64,000 nt of DNA. Origin: Octopus sinensis. Lineage: Eukaryota. Under the pieces are notes generated by a model. That model saw only the letters and a program-made list of their open reading frames with translations. It did not search any database and was not told the DNA's origin. Position 1 is the stretch's first letter. Each line of letters begins with the position of its first letter. The position numbers were made by a program, and so were the translations under genes. Below are positions 11,316 to 27,437 of the stretch, in pieces. The DNA is taken from assembly GCF_006345805.1 (NCBI RefSeq), contig NC_043001.1:75330001-75394000 (forward strand), given 5' to 3'.

Positions 11316-11889
11316 TATATATAATATATATATATACGTCTGATATATTATAAGATTCACTCTGTGTGTGTGTTTCCTCTATGCATGGCCAAACCGCTTC
11401 AAATTTCTTCTTTCACTAATTGTTTCACTTTCCTTCTTTCACTCATTGTTTCACTTTTAATCTTACCGTGTGTTTGTGTGTGTGTGTGTGTTTCCCCTAT
11501 GCACAGCTAAACCGCCTGATCAATCTGTATCAAATTTGAATGTCTGGAAATTACGTCGGTTATGTTCCTTCGCGTTAAAAGTAAACGATTCTGAAACGCT
11601 TTTAATTGTAATGATGAATCAAGAGGCTTAAAGAAAGAAAAAAAACAGTAATGTTTCTAAATAACGAAACGCCTTCATTCGCGCACGCGCTTATACACTG
11701 TTGGATATCTTTCAATTTATATGATAAACTTTATGAATATTAAAGTTTATTATTCCCATGACATAAGTTAGAGATATCAACATGAGGTATTCAAATAATT
11801 GTTCGTGGAATGGACATAATAAAATTAGCTAGAATACACTCAATATTTCATATTTAAATCTTATGTGACTATTTCTGTTTGGATATTGG

Positions 11890-12520
11890 TCTTGCCTCAG
11901 ATTCGTCATCTTCATAGGAATTTCGATGTAATACATGGAGCTTCATCAGAAAGAATACAAATGCGTAAAATAAAACAAACGAAGGGAAGACAGAATAGGA
12001 AAGAACCTGACCTCGAGAAGGGGCCAGGAGACTCAATATATTAAAATCATACCATCTTCCAGCGTGGAGCTTCGAAGTCGATAGAGAAAAGAGTGATTTA
12101 GCAGTGGTCTGGGGAAATATTTACGGGTTATTTCTATATAAAAAGGGGAACAAGGATGTTTGAAAAGTAGGAAAATGAAGTTAGCACTAAAATGAGACAG
12201 GAAATTATTAACATGTCTAAAAAGAGGATAGTACTTATGTTATCGTAAATAGGGCTAGTTAATATTTCTCCTACAACAAAACCGTAGGGTTCTTATAATA
12301 GTTTACTTCATGAACTATTGTAGAGACCAACGCGAGGCCAAGTTCTTTCTTATTACCTCTTCCCTTCGTTTATTTTATTTTACGCATTTCTATTCACTCT
12401 GATGAAGCTCCATGTACTAGATCGAATGTCCTATAAAGATGACGAATATTATTTCGTAAATCTTTCGTAAGCACCGACTGGTATTGGGAGCGGAAACGGC
12501 CGTAAGAATTGTTATGTCAT
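11890..12520. repeat. Diverged inverted repeat pair (PLE pLTR-like) with a hammerhead-like motif on the + arm
   Basis: ~11900-12015 is the reverse complement of ~12332-12447. CTGATGA at 12399, helix II gctcc/ggagc, GAAAC-ggcc-GTA at 12493-12504. Confidence 0.65.
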
Positions 12521-12579
12521 AGAAATGTTTTGTCATATTTTGTATTAAAAATAATCTACAGACGCCATGATAGATCGTT

Positions 12580-12750
12580 AGCCACTACACACATTTTTCT
12601 CTTCTTGTTTTTTTCTGTGTACCTTTCTGTAGAAGGGCGTAGGCTCGAAACGTAAAAGACTTTTTCTATTCCTGAGCGTTATACTAATACATCTGTTTGT
12701 TTTGTACACCACCTGTCTTCGTCTTTTGTTTTTTTCGTAAACTTTCCATA
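12580..12750 (+). mobile_element. PLE pLTR-like 3' fragment with a variant hammerhead-like motif, ending in (TA)n
   Basis: cttt-CTGTAGAA-gggcgtaggctc-GAAAC-GTA-aaag. The same family occurs at ~15630-15725, ~21490-21650 and ~21665-21820 (-). Confidence 0.6.
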
Positions 12751-12962
12751 TATATATATATATATGTATAAATGTATATACGAATATACATATATATATA
12801 TATATGTATAATATATATGTATATACGTATATATATGTATATACGTATATATATATATATATTATATACGTATATATATATATATATATATATAGCTATA
12901 TATGTATATACGTGTATATGTATATATATATATATATCTATATATATATATATATATATATC

Positions 12963-15065
<2,103 letters not shown>

Positions 15066-15629
15066 TGTTGAAAAAATTTCATTATAGGTATAAACATACC
15101 ATAAGCAGGTATACTTATTTATGATGCATTTATACCTATAACGAAATTTTTCAACTATTATTTTCATATTCTCATTATTTGCTCTGGCTGTTTTGTTTAT
15201 GAATATTATGTATCTTTATTAGAAATGATTTCCCTCTTTTTGGTTCTCTCAAAAAGATTGAATTGTTCTTTTTGTACATATTTTTTCTAATATATGTATA
15301 CATGTCTACATATACATATGTATATATACATATTTATATATATGTATATACTTATATATATATGTATATATGTATATATGTATATATATGTAAATATACA
15401 TATATGTATGTACACATATATATATGTGTGTATATATATAGATATAAATATATATACGTATATATATAAATATATGTATGTGTATATATATATATATATG
15501 TATATACGAATATATATATATATATAAATATATACGTGTATACGTATATATATATGTGTGTGTTTATATGTATACACATATACATGTGTGTCTGTGTATA
15601 ATTATATATATATATATATGTATACATAG

Positions 15630-16860
15630 GATAGCCACTACACATTATTTTCTCTCCTTGTTTCTTCTCTGTGTTCCTTTCTGTGGAAGAGCGTCGTCTC
15701 GAAATGTTAAAGACTTTTTTACTTCGCCAACCTCATCGGGTTACACAACTTGGATACCCTCAAGAGACGTACCCACCCGCATAGGTCTGCTTTCTATAGG
15801 GACGAAGGCCTGGCTATCTCAAGCCATATGAACGGTCATTTCATGGACAGGTTCGGGAAGGACTTGATCAAAATGTTTAAGGAGTTCGGCTTGTCTATAA
15901 AGGTTACCACCAACATAACTACGGGCGATTTATTGGACATAACCTTAGACCTCAGTACGGGCAAGTATTACCTGTACAGGAAGTCTAACGAGTATATAGT
16001 ATACATCTACAAGAGCTCAAACCATCCACCTGCTGTAATTAGGAACCTGGTTCCAGGCATTAGTAAACGACTATCTAATCTCTCGGTCAATGAGCGGCTT
16101 TACTGAGAAGCTCACTTATGTGGACAACCCCCAAGCACCGTCTCTTCACACCAAAATGATTAGGAGAAGGATAATTATATGGTATTAACCTTCTTGCAAC
16201 CTAGAAATTTCCATCAGTGTAGCTAGTGTCTTCCTGCCGCTAATTAAGAAACACTTCTCCGCAGGTCATAAGTATTACAAACTCTTCAATCCTCATAATG
16301 TCAAGGTGAGCTACTCCTCCTTAAACAACACTGCATCTAACATCGCAGGCATTAACAGACATAAAAATACACCCACAACATCTCAACCCCAACCCTAACC
16401 CCAATCTGCAACTTTCGAAACCCCACCAAGTGCCCACTCGAAGGAACTTGTCTCTCAAGGGCCGTAGTATAGAGAGCCACCCTTACATAATCCGATGACA
16501 CTACAAGGTACTATATGGGTATGACAGCTAACGACCTCAAAGGAAGATACTCCCAGTATATGCACTCGTTCAGATTCAAGGACAGACAGAACTCTACTTC
16601 ACTGTCTCGTTTTCTCTGGAGATTCCGTTATCTTCGAAATGAAATACCCAGTAACAAATGAACTATTGTCAAGAGAGTGCTGTCATATTCACCCGGCCCG
16701 CCCAACTGCCAAATTTGCCTCCGTGAAAAACTGCATATCCTCCAACAATCTGCAATATCTATCAACAAGAAATACGATTTATCGTATTGCCGTCACCAGA
16801 GGTATAGCCTTCTGGCAAATTGCAGGCCCCTAACGGCCGACAACCGGGATAAACCACCTT
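15630..16860 (+). mobile_element. Degenerate Penelope-like element: pLTR-like piece, RT C-terminus and GIY-YIG endonuclease
   Basis: Broken frames read FYRDEGL...LDITLDLSTGKYYLYRK...SNHPP, then CPLEGTCL...YYMGMT...CQICLREK...CRH. Confidence 0.8.
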
Positions 16861-17744
16861 AACATCAGTTGCTGCTCTGCACCGCCTGCATCAAGGTCAC
16901 CACTATGTATATGTGCACGCGCATGAGTGTTTATGCGCATACTGGCATGAATGGGTACATGAATGCAAATATACATATGTATATATGAATGAATACGCAT
17001 GTGTGTGTATGTGTGTATGTGAGTGCATGTCTGCATATGGGTGTATGTGTATACGTGCGCGCGCGTGCGTGTTCTTCCAAGCCTGTGTGTGTATGTGTAT
17101 GTCTCTGTGTGTGCAGATGTGTGCATGCACGCCCATGTTCATATGCGCTAACTCGCATCATTATACATATGCACGCAAAAACTATATGAGCGCGTCTACA
17201 CACCTACATATAGAACTATATACTTGCACATGCCGCTCCTTCCTACTTCACCCCCAACAACCTGACCGATTTCCAAATCACAACGTGATCTATTTCCTGT
17301 CCACCACCTGCTCAATTCCTTGTTCACCATGCGGTTTTTTCCAACTAACTGCTACTCATATACCAACATCAAAGCACGACAGCGCGTGACCTTCCTCGAC
17401 CAATAACAGCCCACATTATGGTAGTAACAATCAACTTCTGTCATTCAAATTCAAAATAGCGGACGACTAGCATCGCGCTTGAAACTCAAGAGTACCAAAA
17501 ATTTTGAATGAAACTGTTTTCATCCATCCATATACATATATATATAGACATATGTGTATATGTATGTATGTATATATTATATATATATATATTATATATA
17601 TATATAGACATATGTATGCATGTATATATATAGACGTGTATGTATGTATATATAAATATATATGTATATATATACATATATATTTATACCTCCATATATA
17701 TATATATGCATGCACACACGTACATTTATCTATCCATTTATCTA

Positions 17745-17790
<46 letters not shown>

Positions 17791-19109
17791 TTGTTTTTAC
17801 TCCACTTTGAAGAGATTATAGGCTACCGGCCATTAGGGTCTGAAGGGACGCTCTAAAGCTAAGCGCTTTATGGATGTGAAATTCAGTAACCCCACAGACC
17901 CACCATATCTATCTTGATCATGTGATAAATATATATATTCATCTAACTTGTGCACTGAGGCATCCCAAGCTAGGTATCGTTGCTTTAGTCAATATGTAGC
18001 CCTAATCTCTAACATTGTTAAGCCGCTAAATATATTTTCTAAATCAAAACAATGTTATCGATGATATACCAATGAGACTTGACAAAGTTTGTATGTAGCC
18101 TGAAATGATGGAACACTTCAGTGACTTTCTTGTTAATACAATGCAGTAGTAGTAATGGTAGAGACTGAACTTATTAGCTTAGACATCAACACTCTCTTCG
18201 CTACATTCCCAAGACAAAGAGATGTGTGTGTACTTAAACATACACACCTACAAATGTATACAAACGTGCTCATTTGTATACACTTACATGCGTTATTCGG
18301 TTTATACGCTTGCTATCATACATATATAAATATACATTATCTACGTGTACGTACATAAATATATGCACGCTTGATTAACAAATACTGAATAACGGGAATA
18401 TATGAATTGTAAGCTTTCACAAAGTTAATGACCTAATCTTCCTATCGGATAAATTAATGAGTCGTATAGTATTTAGTATGAAATATTTAATGATGAACTG
18501 TGATGTAATCACAGTCGGATTAACGACAACACTGAAATATTAGCAATGTTTAACTTCTATGTCGCCATTAGCGAGATACAGCAGACTTAATGTGGATATG
18601 ATTCTGGCGTCGAAGTATACATTAAATTTCCTCTCTTTTGATTATGCTTGTAATTTTCATTTTACATCAACACGATCTCGAAACATTGGCATAGCATGCA
18701 TGAGGTTAATAATCAGCGCAAGAAAAAACGCCAAAAACAAAGAGCAAAATAAAAAAAAGCAAAAAAAGAAAAGAATCTACGACAGATTTATTTTGATTAT
18801 AATTTCCTGAGATCCTTTAAGTTTTGCTGTGTTAGTCTATAGTTTTACTACATTTCGTAGACCTAGTAGTACCTCTAAAATTCTAAGGTCATTTTGAAAA
18901 CAATTTCAGAAGGATCACACATACACACACACATAGACTCCCTCCTCTCTCTCTTACACACACACACACAGGAAATATTTTATCGCCACCAATGGTGACG
19001 ATAATTTTTTTTCATTGTGGTATTATATTGCGCCTAGCTGTTTATATTAATTTTTACTATACACATTAGCATTTTGCTGAATCAACCATAGATTAATTAT
19101 AAATATATA

Positions 19110-19540
19110 GATATTTATATTAATAGATCAAACTTACACAGAGTACAAACAACAGAGAAAATTAAAGGGGAAGAGGTAAGGTGTTATAAGCCCAACACCT
19201 GTTTCTGGGGGCTCAGAGATCCATTATAATGCTGGTAGATGTAGTTCACCAAAATATGCAACCAGTAATGGAAGCAAATAAACATTGGATAAATCGAGAC
19301 TCCTTTCTTTAAACTTCTCTGCATCATGATCTGAAACGTAAGATTTTTTCAATCCTGATGATGGAGGGTCGATGTAGCCAATGTTTATTTGCTTCCATTT
19401 CTGGCTGCTTATTTTGGTGAACTACATCTATATCATGATGGACTTTTCGAGCCCCCCAGAACAGCAGTTGTGTTTGTAACACCTTACTCTCCACTTCCTT
19501 CAATTTTCACTGTCGTGAGTTTGATCTATTAATATATTTA
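19110..19540. repeat. Old diverged palindrome (PLE pLTR-like) with a long-helix-II hammerhead-like motif
   Basis: 19110-19310 is the reverse complement of ~19365-19540. CTGATGA at 19355, helix II tggagggtcga/tcgagccccca, then GAA(A)C-agca-GTT. Confidence 0.7.
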
Positions 19541-19784
19541 TACTTGAATATTCATCGTTTGAATTTCTTTAATCTTTTCCTTTTTCTGTTTGTTCACACA
19601 CACAAACACACATACACACAAACACACACACATACACAAACACACACACACAAACACACAAGCACACGCTCATACACACATATGTATGTATATTTTGTAT
19701 ATCAAACTGAACAGTTATATTTAATTTGTTTATCTGTATGATTACCTATATACATAAATGTATGTATGCATGTATGTACGTATG

Positions 19785-20690
19785 CATGTCATTATTCAGT
19801 TTTATTTCAAGATTTCTCACCAATAGAGGAAGAGCTGGTTTCTAATCTAGATCCAAGACTTCTTCTTTTGAATTTCAACATCAGCCACAGGCTATTTTTG
19901 TTTGTATGTGCAAATTTGTGTTTTTTTTTCTGTATATCTTCTCATACATATACTTGCATATGTACTTAAATTATAAACTTTTGGTAAGTTTTACAGATTT
20001 TAACAGTCCCTGTGATGGATTGGATCTATAGTATTCGAATCAGATTTCTCCTTTCTGGTTTTAAGAAGCCTAATTTCTCAAGATTGGTATTTAGGCAGTG
20101 TGTTAGATATCCCAGTGGCCCAAAAATTACAGGAATAAACCTAAGCTTGCAATCTGGATAGAGTAACTGCAGATTTCTCAATAGTTCAACGTAGGTATTC
20201 TCTTTTTCACTGAACTTCAGCTTTATGTTAACATCCGCAGGACAGCTGATTTCCACAACTGTACACAGTCTTTCTTCTCTATCCCAAATCATTATATCAG
20301 GTCTATTGTGTTTACATTTTATTGAGGTTTTCACTGGGACGTTCTACCAGTACCGCTCTGTATATGAGTGGCTATAGCTTTCATCGTACTGTGGGTCCTT
20401 ATTTCTTTGTCTTCAGGATTATCCTTTCGACGAATATCGTTATACAATGTCCTAGCTACTACATCATGTCTCATCAACACAATGCCGTGATGGCATTTTT
20501 GGGCAACTGCTTTTCATGTCGGTGATATCTTCGGTGTTAGCTCCATAAAGTCTGCATCCTTTGTCATATTTTAGTACTTTACCTGCATCTCTGTCCCTTT
20601 TGTGCATCAGGTATTTGATTGTATTTTCTTGTAGCTGGATTGCCAACCAATACCCTTCAAAGTTGCAGTATCCGTACATACAAAGTTGGA
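19785..20690 (-). mobile_element. R4-clade-like (restriction-like endonuclease) non-LTR retrotransposon 3' fragment
   Basis: Degenerate zinc knuckle GCRLYG..ED, then HNRPDIMIWD..EISCPAD..EKENTY..FIPVIFGPLG (PD-(D/E)xK). Homologous to 56440-58157. Confidence 0.85.
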
Positions 20691-20869
20691 GTACATACAT
20701 ACATACATACATACATACATACATACATACATACATACATACATACATGCATAACACATATGTAGTGTTATGTATGTATGTATGTATGTATTTATGTATC
20801 TATGTATGTACGTATATATGAATTATGTACGTATGTATGTATGCTTGTATGCATGTATGTATATATATA

Positions 20870-20938
<69 letters not shown>

Positions 20939-21489
20939 GTGTGTGTGTGTGTGTGTATGTGTTTGTGTACTGGAATCTGAAGCCTTCATATAACGGGTTA
21001 TTTTGGAAGTGGCATATATACAATAATTAAAAATCTGCTATCAAATTTCATGGTCTTTACACAAAATGAGCTAAAACCTCATTTTCAAAATTATAATCAC
21101 ATGAAACTAACTTCTCATTTGTTTAACTCCTCCCACAACTACTCTGTCATTTATTCCCTCTCATCCTCATCTTCTACCTCATCAGTCTAAGATTCTTTCA
21201 CTCATACTGTGTACATAGGGTTCTTTTGTACATTGTTTGTAACCAAGTCCACCATGTGCGCTGGTCGTATACGACTTGTGTTAACTCTATCTCTATTTTC
21301 TTCTCTTTTGCTTTTTGTATTAGATATACACATACACACATAGACACACACATTTTCTTATATACACAGACGCACGCGCAGCCTCATTTTGGGATCAGCA
21401 ATACCCTATTACCTTCTTGCTAACTATCCTGTCATACCATTTTACCCTAACCAGCCGCCATGCTTGATCGCTAAATCCACAAGTTCTTT

Positions 21490-22500
21490 TTATCCTCTCT
21501 GTTTATTTACTCTTATTACTTTCTGTTGAAGAGCGTAGGCTCGAAACGTAAAAGACTTTCTAACTTTCTCGAGCGCCCAAATAATAGACGTGCTTGTTGT
21601 TCACACACCTGTCTTCGTCTTTTGTTTTTCTGTAAATTTCAACTAAGATATATATATATGTATAGTGAGAATTTACAAAAAACAAAAGACGAAGATAGGT
21701 GTATGAACAACAAGCAGGTTTACTAGCTGGACGCTCGGGAAAGTGAGAAAGTGTTTTAAGTTTCGAGCCTATGCTCTTAGACAGAAAGGAACACAGATAT
21801 AAACAGGGAGAGAAAATCGCATAGCGATCAATCATGGTGAAGGCCGGACAGAAGGACACACAGGAGAGCTAGGAAGAAGGGGACATAATAAAGTAGTGGT
21901 GATCCCAAAATGAAGGTGCGTGTGTGTGGGTATGTGAGAGCGTGTATGTGCGTGTGAAAGGGGGCTGGTGACATTGACGTTTGCGTGTGTGCATGTGTAA
22001 GTATGTGGATGATGTGTAGGTGCTGGGAAGTGGTCAGTGCTAGTGTGTGCGCTGGTGTGGGTGCTGGGAAGTGGTCAGTACTAGTGTGCGCGGCGTGGTG
22101 TGATGTGGTGTGGTATGGTGGTGTGTGGTGTGGTGGTGTGAGGTGTGGTGCTGTGGTGTGGTGCTGTGGTGTGGTGGTGTGTGGTGTGGTGTGTTGGGGT
22201 ATAGGTGAGGCGAGAGTGGGGGAAACAAGGGTGGGGTCTAAGGGATGGGTGAGGTGGGATGTTTAGGGATGGTGGGGTTGGAATGTGTAGGGGTGGGATA
22301 ACAAGGGAGGGGGTGGAAGAGAGAAGGTGGGAGAAGAGAGGAAGTAGGTGTGAAAGGAAGAGAAGAGAGAGGAGGAGGGTTAGATGAAGAGGAGAGGAGA
22401 GTTGAGCTCATGTGGCGCAAAGGATCGAAGAGAGAAGATTAATCCCTGCTCACGGCGAAGACGGGAGTCCGGATGGCCCCTGTGCAAGGACATACCACTC
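21490..22500 (-). mobile_element. PLE 3' fragment (GIY-YIG C-terminus, simple-repeat 3' region, pLTR) tail-to-tail with a second pLTR copy
   Basis: The reverse complement of ~22400-22500 reads DSRLRREQGLIFSLRSFAPHELN. 21490-21650 (+) and 21665-21820 (-) are inverted homologues around a short TA tract. Confidence 0.65.
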
Positions 22501-23371
22501 AGTTTAGAATATAAGTAAATTATTTAACGATAATATAAGTGATATAAATATTGTATCTGTAATAGATTATGCCCACGATTACATTCCATTGCTATTGAGT
22601 CAGACGTCTTACAAATAAATGTTGTGGATAAAAATAGATTATACCTTTGGTTCTCTTCCATGATTAAATCATATGCGTGGACGAGAGAGCAATAGTTTTT
22701 TACAGCTTACTTTCGTGTCGGAAAATATTTCATCTTATGTATCATAGCCGTGATGCTGTATTTTGTCAGAACCCCACAGAGATTTGTCGAAAACTGTTCA
22801 AATTGATGAAGAGGCAGCTATTCAGTATTCTCTGCTGTTTATTCAAATATTTCTTCCGGCAGAAAAACACCTCTAAATTTACAACTAGGTGTTAAACGAG
22901 AATTTCAGAACCATAACCTCGCTAGTTTCTGATTAGGTATGCATGGGGTGATCTCTTCTTTCTCAATTTATTGAGCTCAATAGATACCGGACAAATTTTA
23001 GAATATATTCATTGAACGTTTTACTTCATTTCAGCGTGTTAAAATACGAAAGCTAACAGAATAAGAGTTTTGTTGATTTTGAAAACTCATCAAGTGTGTA
23101 AAGATTATAACTGATTGCAAATATCCATCAGGCATAAATCTATTATTTATGCGTGTGATAATTAATTTTAAGAGAATAACCAACGATAAAGCTTTACTAA
23201 TAAGTTATGCAAATTGGAACACATTTAGAGAGCGAAACGTCGGGACATTCATTCTATCATTGAATCTGTACAAAATTACAACAGCAGTCATCTGAAGTAA
23301 TACAAATGAGGTATTCAAATGTAGTTATAGAAGAATGTTACACGCATCTCCTTATCTCCTCTTTTTTCCCC

Positions 23372-23409
<38 letters not shown>

Positions 23410-23459
23410 AGATACATATACATACACATACATACATACATACGGCCATGCACGCATAT

Positions 23460-23650
23460 ATAAAGAGATTATATAATATACAAGGGAACATGAAATTATG
23501 TAACACACGTCATTAGCTTACAGCTGTTTCTGCTGTATGTTGCAATAACACTCGTAGTTGAGTGTATTGCATCTGATTGCAGAAACAGCTGTAAGCTATG
23601 AAGTTCATTGCATAATTTTTTGTTCCATTGCACTCTATATAATCTCTCAT
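23460..23650. repeat. Diverged hairpin containing the 3' half of a hammerhead-like motif
   Basis: agcttacagctgtttctgc...gcagaaacagctgtaagct; GAAAC-agct-GTA is present but there is no CTGATGA box. Confidence 0.6.
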
Positions 23651-24384
23651 TACGCTTTGATCTCGTCTAACGCTTTCTTCTTAAGTATATGTATATTGAG
23701 TTCCAACACTATGGTATTAGTATAGCTATGCATAAACGATATATATATATATATATAGGAAAGGAGGAAACAAGTTCAAACTCCGATGTATATATTCATT
23801 CAATCCATATTAACGAAATTCTCCATGTTATACAAATTGCATACATAGATGTATTAATCTATATGATATATAAAAAAATTCTAAGAATTTATAAACACAT
23901 ATATATACATGAAGAATGTGTGTCGTTAGCCAGCTGGAGGAGATGATTTCCTGGAGCTATAAGCATCAGTAGTACTGTCCTGTTTAGGACGCCACACTTA
24001 GTTGGCAAATATACGTTATTCTTCCGTAGTACTACTGTTTATATCTCACTCAGAGATTTAATATAACATTCTCTCTCTTCTACGAGATCAGCTACAGTGA
24101 GTCGCTAGAAAAATATATAGTAATTTGCGAGTGGAATGAGCTTCCATCTCTAGCTGGTGATTAACACACGCAGAGGACGGGTAACCACTCAGCAACTCGA
24201 GCCCGTGTGTATCGCGTAAGGCTAGAGATGGGAGCGATAACCTATCCTCGCAAATACTAATCGGACAAAGAATGCGTATCGTTAGCCAGCTGGAGCAGAT
24301 GTCTTCCTGGGGCTATAAACATCAGTAGCACTGTTCAGTAAAGGATGCCACACTTAGTTGGCAAATATATGTTACGGTATATAT

Positions 24385-27236
24385 ATATATTTGTATAAAA
24401 CAGAAACTCTGTGTGTGTATGTGAGTGAGTGTGTGTGTATGTGTGTGTGTGTGTATGTGTGTGTGTACAAGTTCGAAGGTTTATAACTCGAGTTCCGCCA
24501 AACCGATTCGATTGAAATTTCAGACATGCATTTGGTACATTCCGAGGCATGTTTTAGTCATAACAACTGCTTCCAAAAGCTCGGTCGATAATTATCGATT
24601 TTTTTCAAAATGTCGTCCAATTTTGATCAAACTTGACATACCTATATTCTTATCCAAGGTTTTTCGTTTCGTTATTATTTTTTTCAAATTCCGTTTCGTT
24701 TGAGCACAGCACGGGAAGAAACGACTCAAAAAATGCTTTTAAGGCAGGCCATAGCGCCGGAACCATTGAGCCGATTTAAACCAAACTCGGTAAACGAATG
24801 CATTTTCACCCAACGAGTCTTAAATTGCATTTTGTTGAGCACAATTCGACAAACTCACATTCGGACAAAATGCCTTTGTTGACGTAGCTCCTGGTTTGTT
24901 TTTGTCAGAACACTTCAACGCCGAGACAACAACCTTCACCGTATATGCGAGACGCACACATCATATGACGCCTTGCAATACCCACTGCTCTTTGTAAGAG
25001 GAGAGGGCGGCTACCGGTTTGGAATTCATCAGCACAAATCAGACAATTCGGATTGCGTAACCAACAAAACGGTTTCTTGATTGAATTTTTACTCTTATCA
25101 TTTCATGGTTCGTGAAAACTCCTTCAACTCCTTCAACTCCTGCAACCATAAGAGAACTTTTTCATCAGTTTGTCGTGGATGTGTGCGTCAAAATGGAGTC
25201 AGAGAGGCTCTGTTTTATCCGAACACACCAGAAGCAGTTGCGCTCGGACAGCTACATTCATCTGTGAGACGCCCTCATCAATGACGCAACACCAGATAGC
25301 GTAGGCAAACTGTGCATCCTGCCATCCTCCTTCACTGGAAGTCCGCGCTATATGCATGAGAGAATGCAAGATGCTATGACTTACGTCCATCATTACATCA
25401 GGCCTGATTTGTTCATTACATTCACCTGTAATCCTTCATGGAAGGAGATCGAAGCTGAATTGTTTCCGGGCCAGAATGTGAAAGACCTCCTAGCGCGAGT
25501 CTTCCGGTTGAAGCTTATCAAACTAATAGAGCTTCTTAAGGGAGGGTAAATATTTGGCCCCGTTAGATATGATACTGTTGAATGGCAAAAGAGAGGCCTA
25601 CCATACGCTCATATTCTAATCTGGCTCTCTGTAAAATACCTCCCAACGATAATGACAAAATTATCTCTGCTGAGATTTCAAACCCATCTACTGACAGACA
25701 TCTCTTTGAAACAGTCAAGGCGACGATGAGCCACAGGCCATGTGGACGCGGATTCAATTTAGGCCCTCCTTGCTTGAGAAACATCTGCTGCAAGAAGTTT
25801 CCAAAAAAATTTCTGAAGAAAACAAATATTGGCGTTGATGGATACCCTCTGTACAGACAGCGCCAACCTGCAGACGGTGGCTTTACCATGAAAATTGGAC
25901 AACATGAGTTTGACAACTGATGTGTTGTACCGTATTCACCGCTTCTTTCGAAGACGTTCAGCACCCACGTGGTGTTTTACCATTCGGTCAAGTCCATCAA
26001 GTATATCTGCAAATATGTCAACAAGGGCTCAGACGTCGCTATGTTCGGTCTACAGTTGGAAAACTGCCGTGACAAGGTCTTACAATACTAAGTTGGCCGT
26101 TATATTAGCAGCAACGAGGTCTTCTGGCGTATTTTCGACTCTCTAATGCACCAAAGCACCCACCAATCGAGCAACTCGCAGTTCACCTAGATAACGGTCA
26201 AAGGATGTACGTTACCGATGTGACTGCTGCCAGAACGGTTGAAGAGTCTCGACAAACTACTCTCACTGCATTCTTCGCTCTGTGCCGGAACGACCCATTT
26301 GAAAAAACTCTGCTTTATCCTCGGGTTCCGTCCTACTACACATGGACTAAACAACAATGGGTGCGCAGAAAGTCAGGCCAGCTAGTTGACGGGCAACCTC
26401 GTGTAAAGTTTGACAGCTCTCATGGGAGAGTTTACACGGTGCATTCGATCCAACACGAGTGCTTTTATCTTCGCCTTCAGTTACATGATGTACGTGGGTC
26501 CTAGTTGTTTGATGACTTAAGGAGTGTCGATGACTCTGTTTGCAGCACTTACAAGGAAGCATGCCTCAAGCGCGGTTTGCTGGAAGACGATGCGCAATGG
26601 GAGGCTACGTTATTCGAAGCTGTTGCATCCCAGAAACCTAAGCGTCTATGAGCACTATTTGCTGTTATGCTGCAAATTTGTGAACTGAACAACCCTTTGT
26701 CTTTGTGGCTCAAAATTAAATACGACTTATCAGAGGACATACGTCAGGCGAAGTTGCTTTTTCCTGGGATAGAAAGTATAAGCGAGGAAGTATACTATCA
26801 AGCCTTCATTGACATTGACAATACAGTTGCAGTCATTCTGTGGGAATGATTTGCCCTCAAACGGTCTGCCTACACCGCTGCGTTCAGAGTCAAATTTCCT
26901 TCCTACAGCTCTTTTGCGAGAGACGCCCTACGCAACAGATGACCTTGCCAATTTCGTCCTAGAAACTGAACCAAAGCTTCTTCCGGATCAACGGCGGCAT
27001 GTTTACACTATTGTGACTGATCATGTGCGCCGCAGGAAAGGGGATTTCTTTTTTCTTGATACTCCAGCGGGTACAGGCAAAACCTTTCTAACGAAGCTCA
27101 ACTTAGCGATGGTCAGGATGCAAAAGAGCATTACGGTTGCGGTCACATATTCAGGGATTGCTGTAAATTTGCTGCCTGGCGGCAGAACTGCTTATTCTGT
27201 TAACTGAGTCAGAAACACCTACCTGCAATATAAGCT
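24385..27236 (+). mobile_element. Degenerate Helitron (Rep HUH endonuclease + PIF1-like helicase pseudogene), 3'-truncated
   Basis: Motifs YDALQYPLLF, ILPSSFTGSPRYMHERMQDAM, PDLFITFTCNPSW, EWQKRGLPYAHIL, SIKYICKYVNKG and Walker A DTPAGTGKT...LLPGGRTAYS, with many stops and frameshifts. The 5' leader is (TG)n-rich, as in Helitrons. Confidence 0.92.
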
Positions 27237-27261
27237 AGTACTCTGACCAGGGCTCACGGGC

Positions 27262-27335
27262 ATATGGCGTGGGAGTTAAGAGCGCGGGCTACTGACCCCA
27301 AGATTCCGAGTTCGATTCCAAGCAATGATCTGAAC
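27262..27335 (+). mobile_element. tRNA-like SINE head followed by (AAT)n
   Basis: A box tggcgtgggagttaa and B box gagttcgattcc; not a canonical cloverleaf. Confidence 0.55.
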
Positions 27336-27395
<60 letters not shown>

Positions 27396-27405
27396 CATAA
27401 TAATA

Positions 27406-27435
<30 letters not shown>

Positions 27436-27437
<2 letters not shown>

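Noticed and set aside
27230-27245. CTAGT as the 3' terminus of the large Helitron
   Set aside because: It falls where the helicase reading frame is still running (ETPTCNIS) and has no subterminal hairpin, so the element is simply truncated.
27262-27335. Functional tRNA gene (also 63510-63582)
   Set aside because: The stems are imperfect and the sequence continues into SINE body or microsatellite; these are SINE heads.
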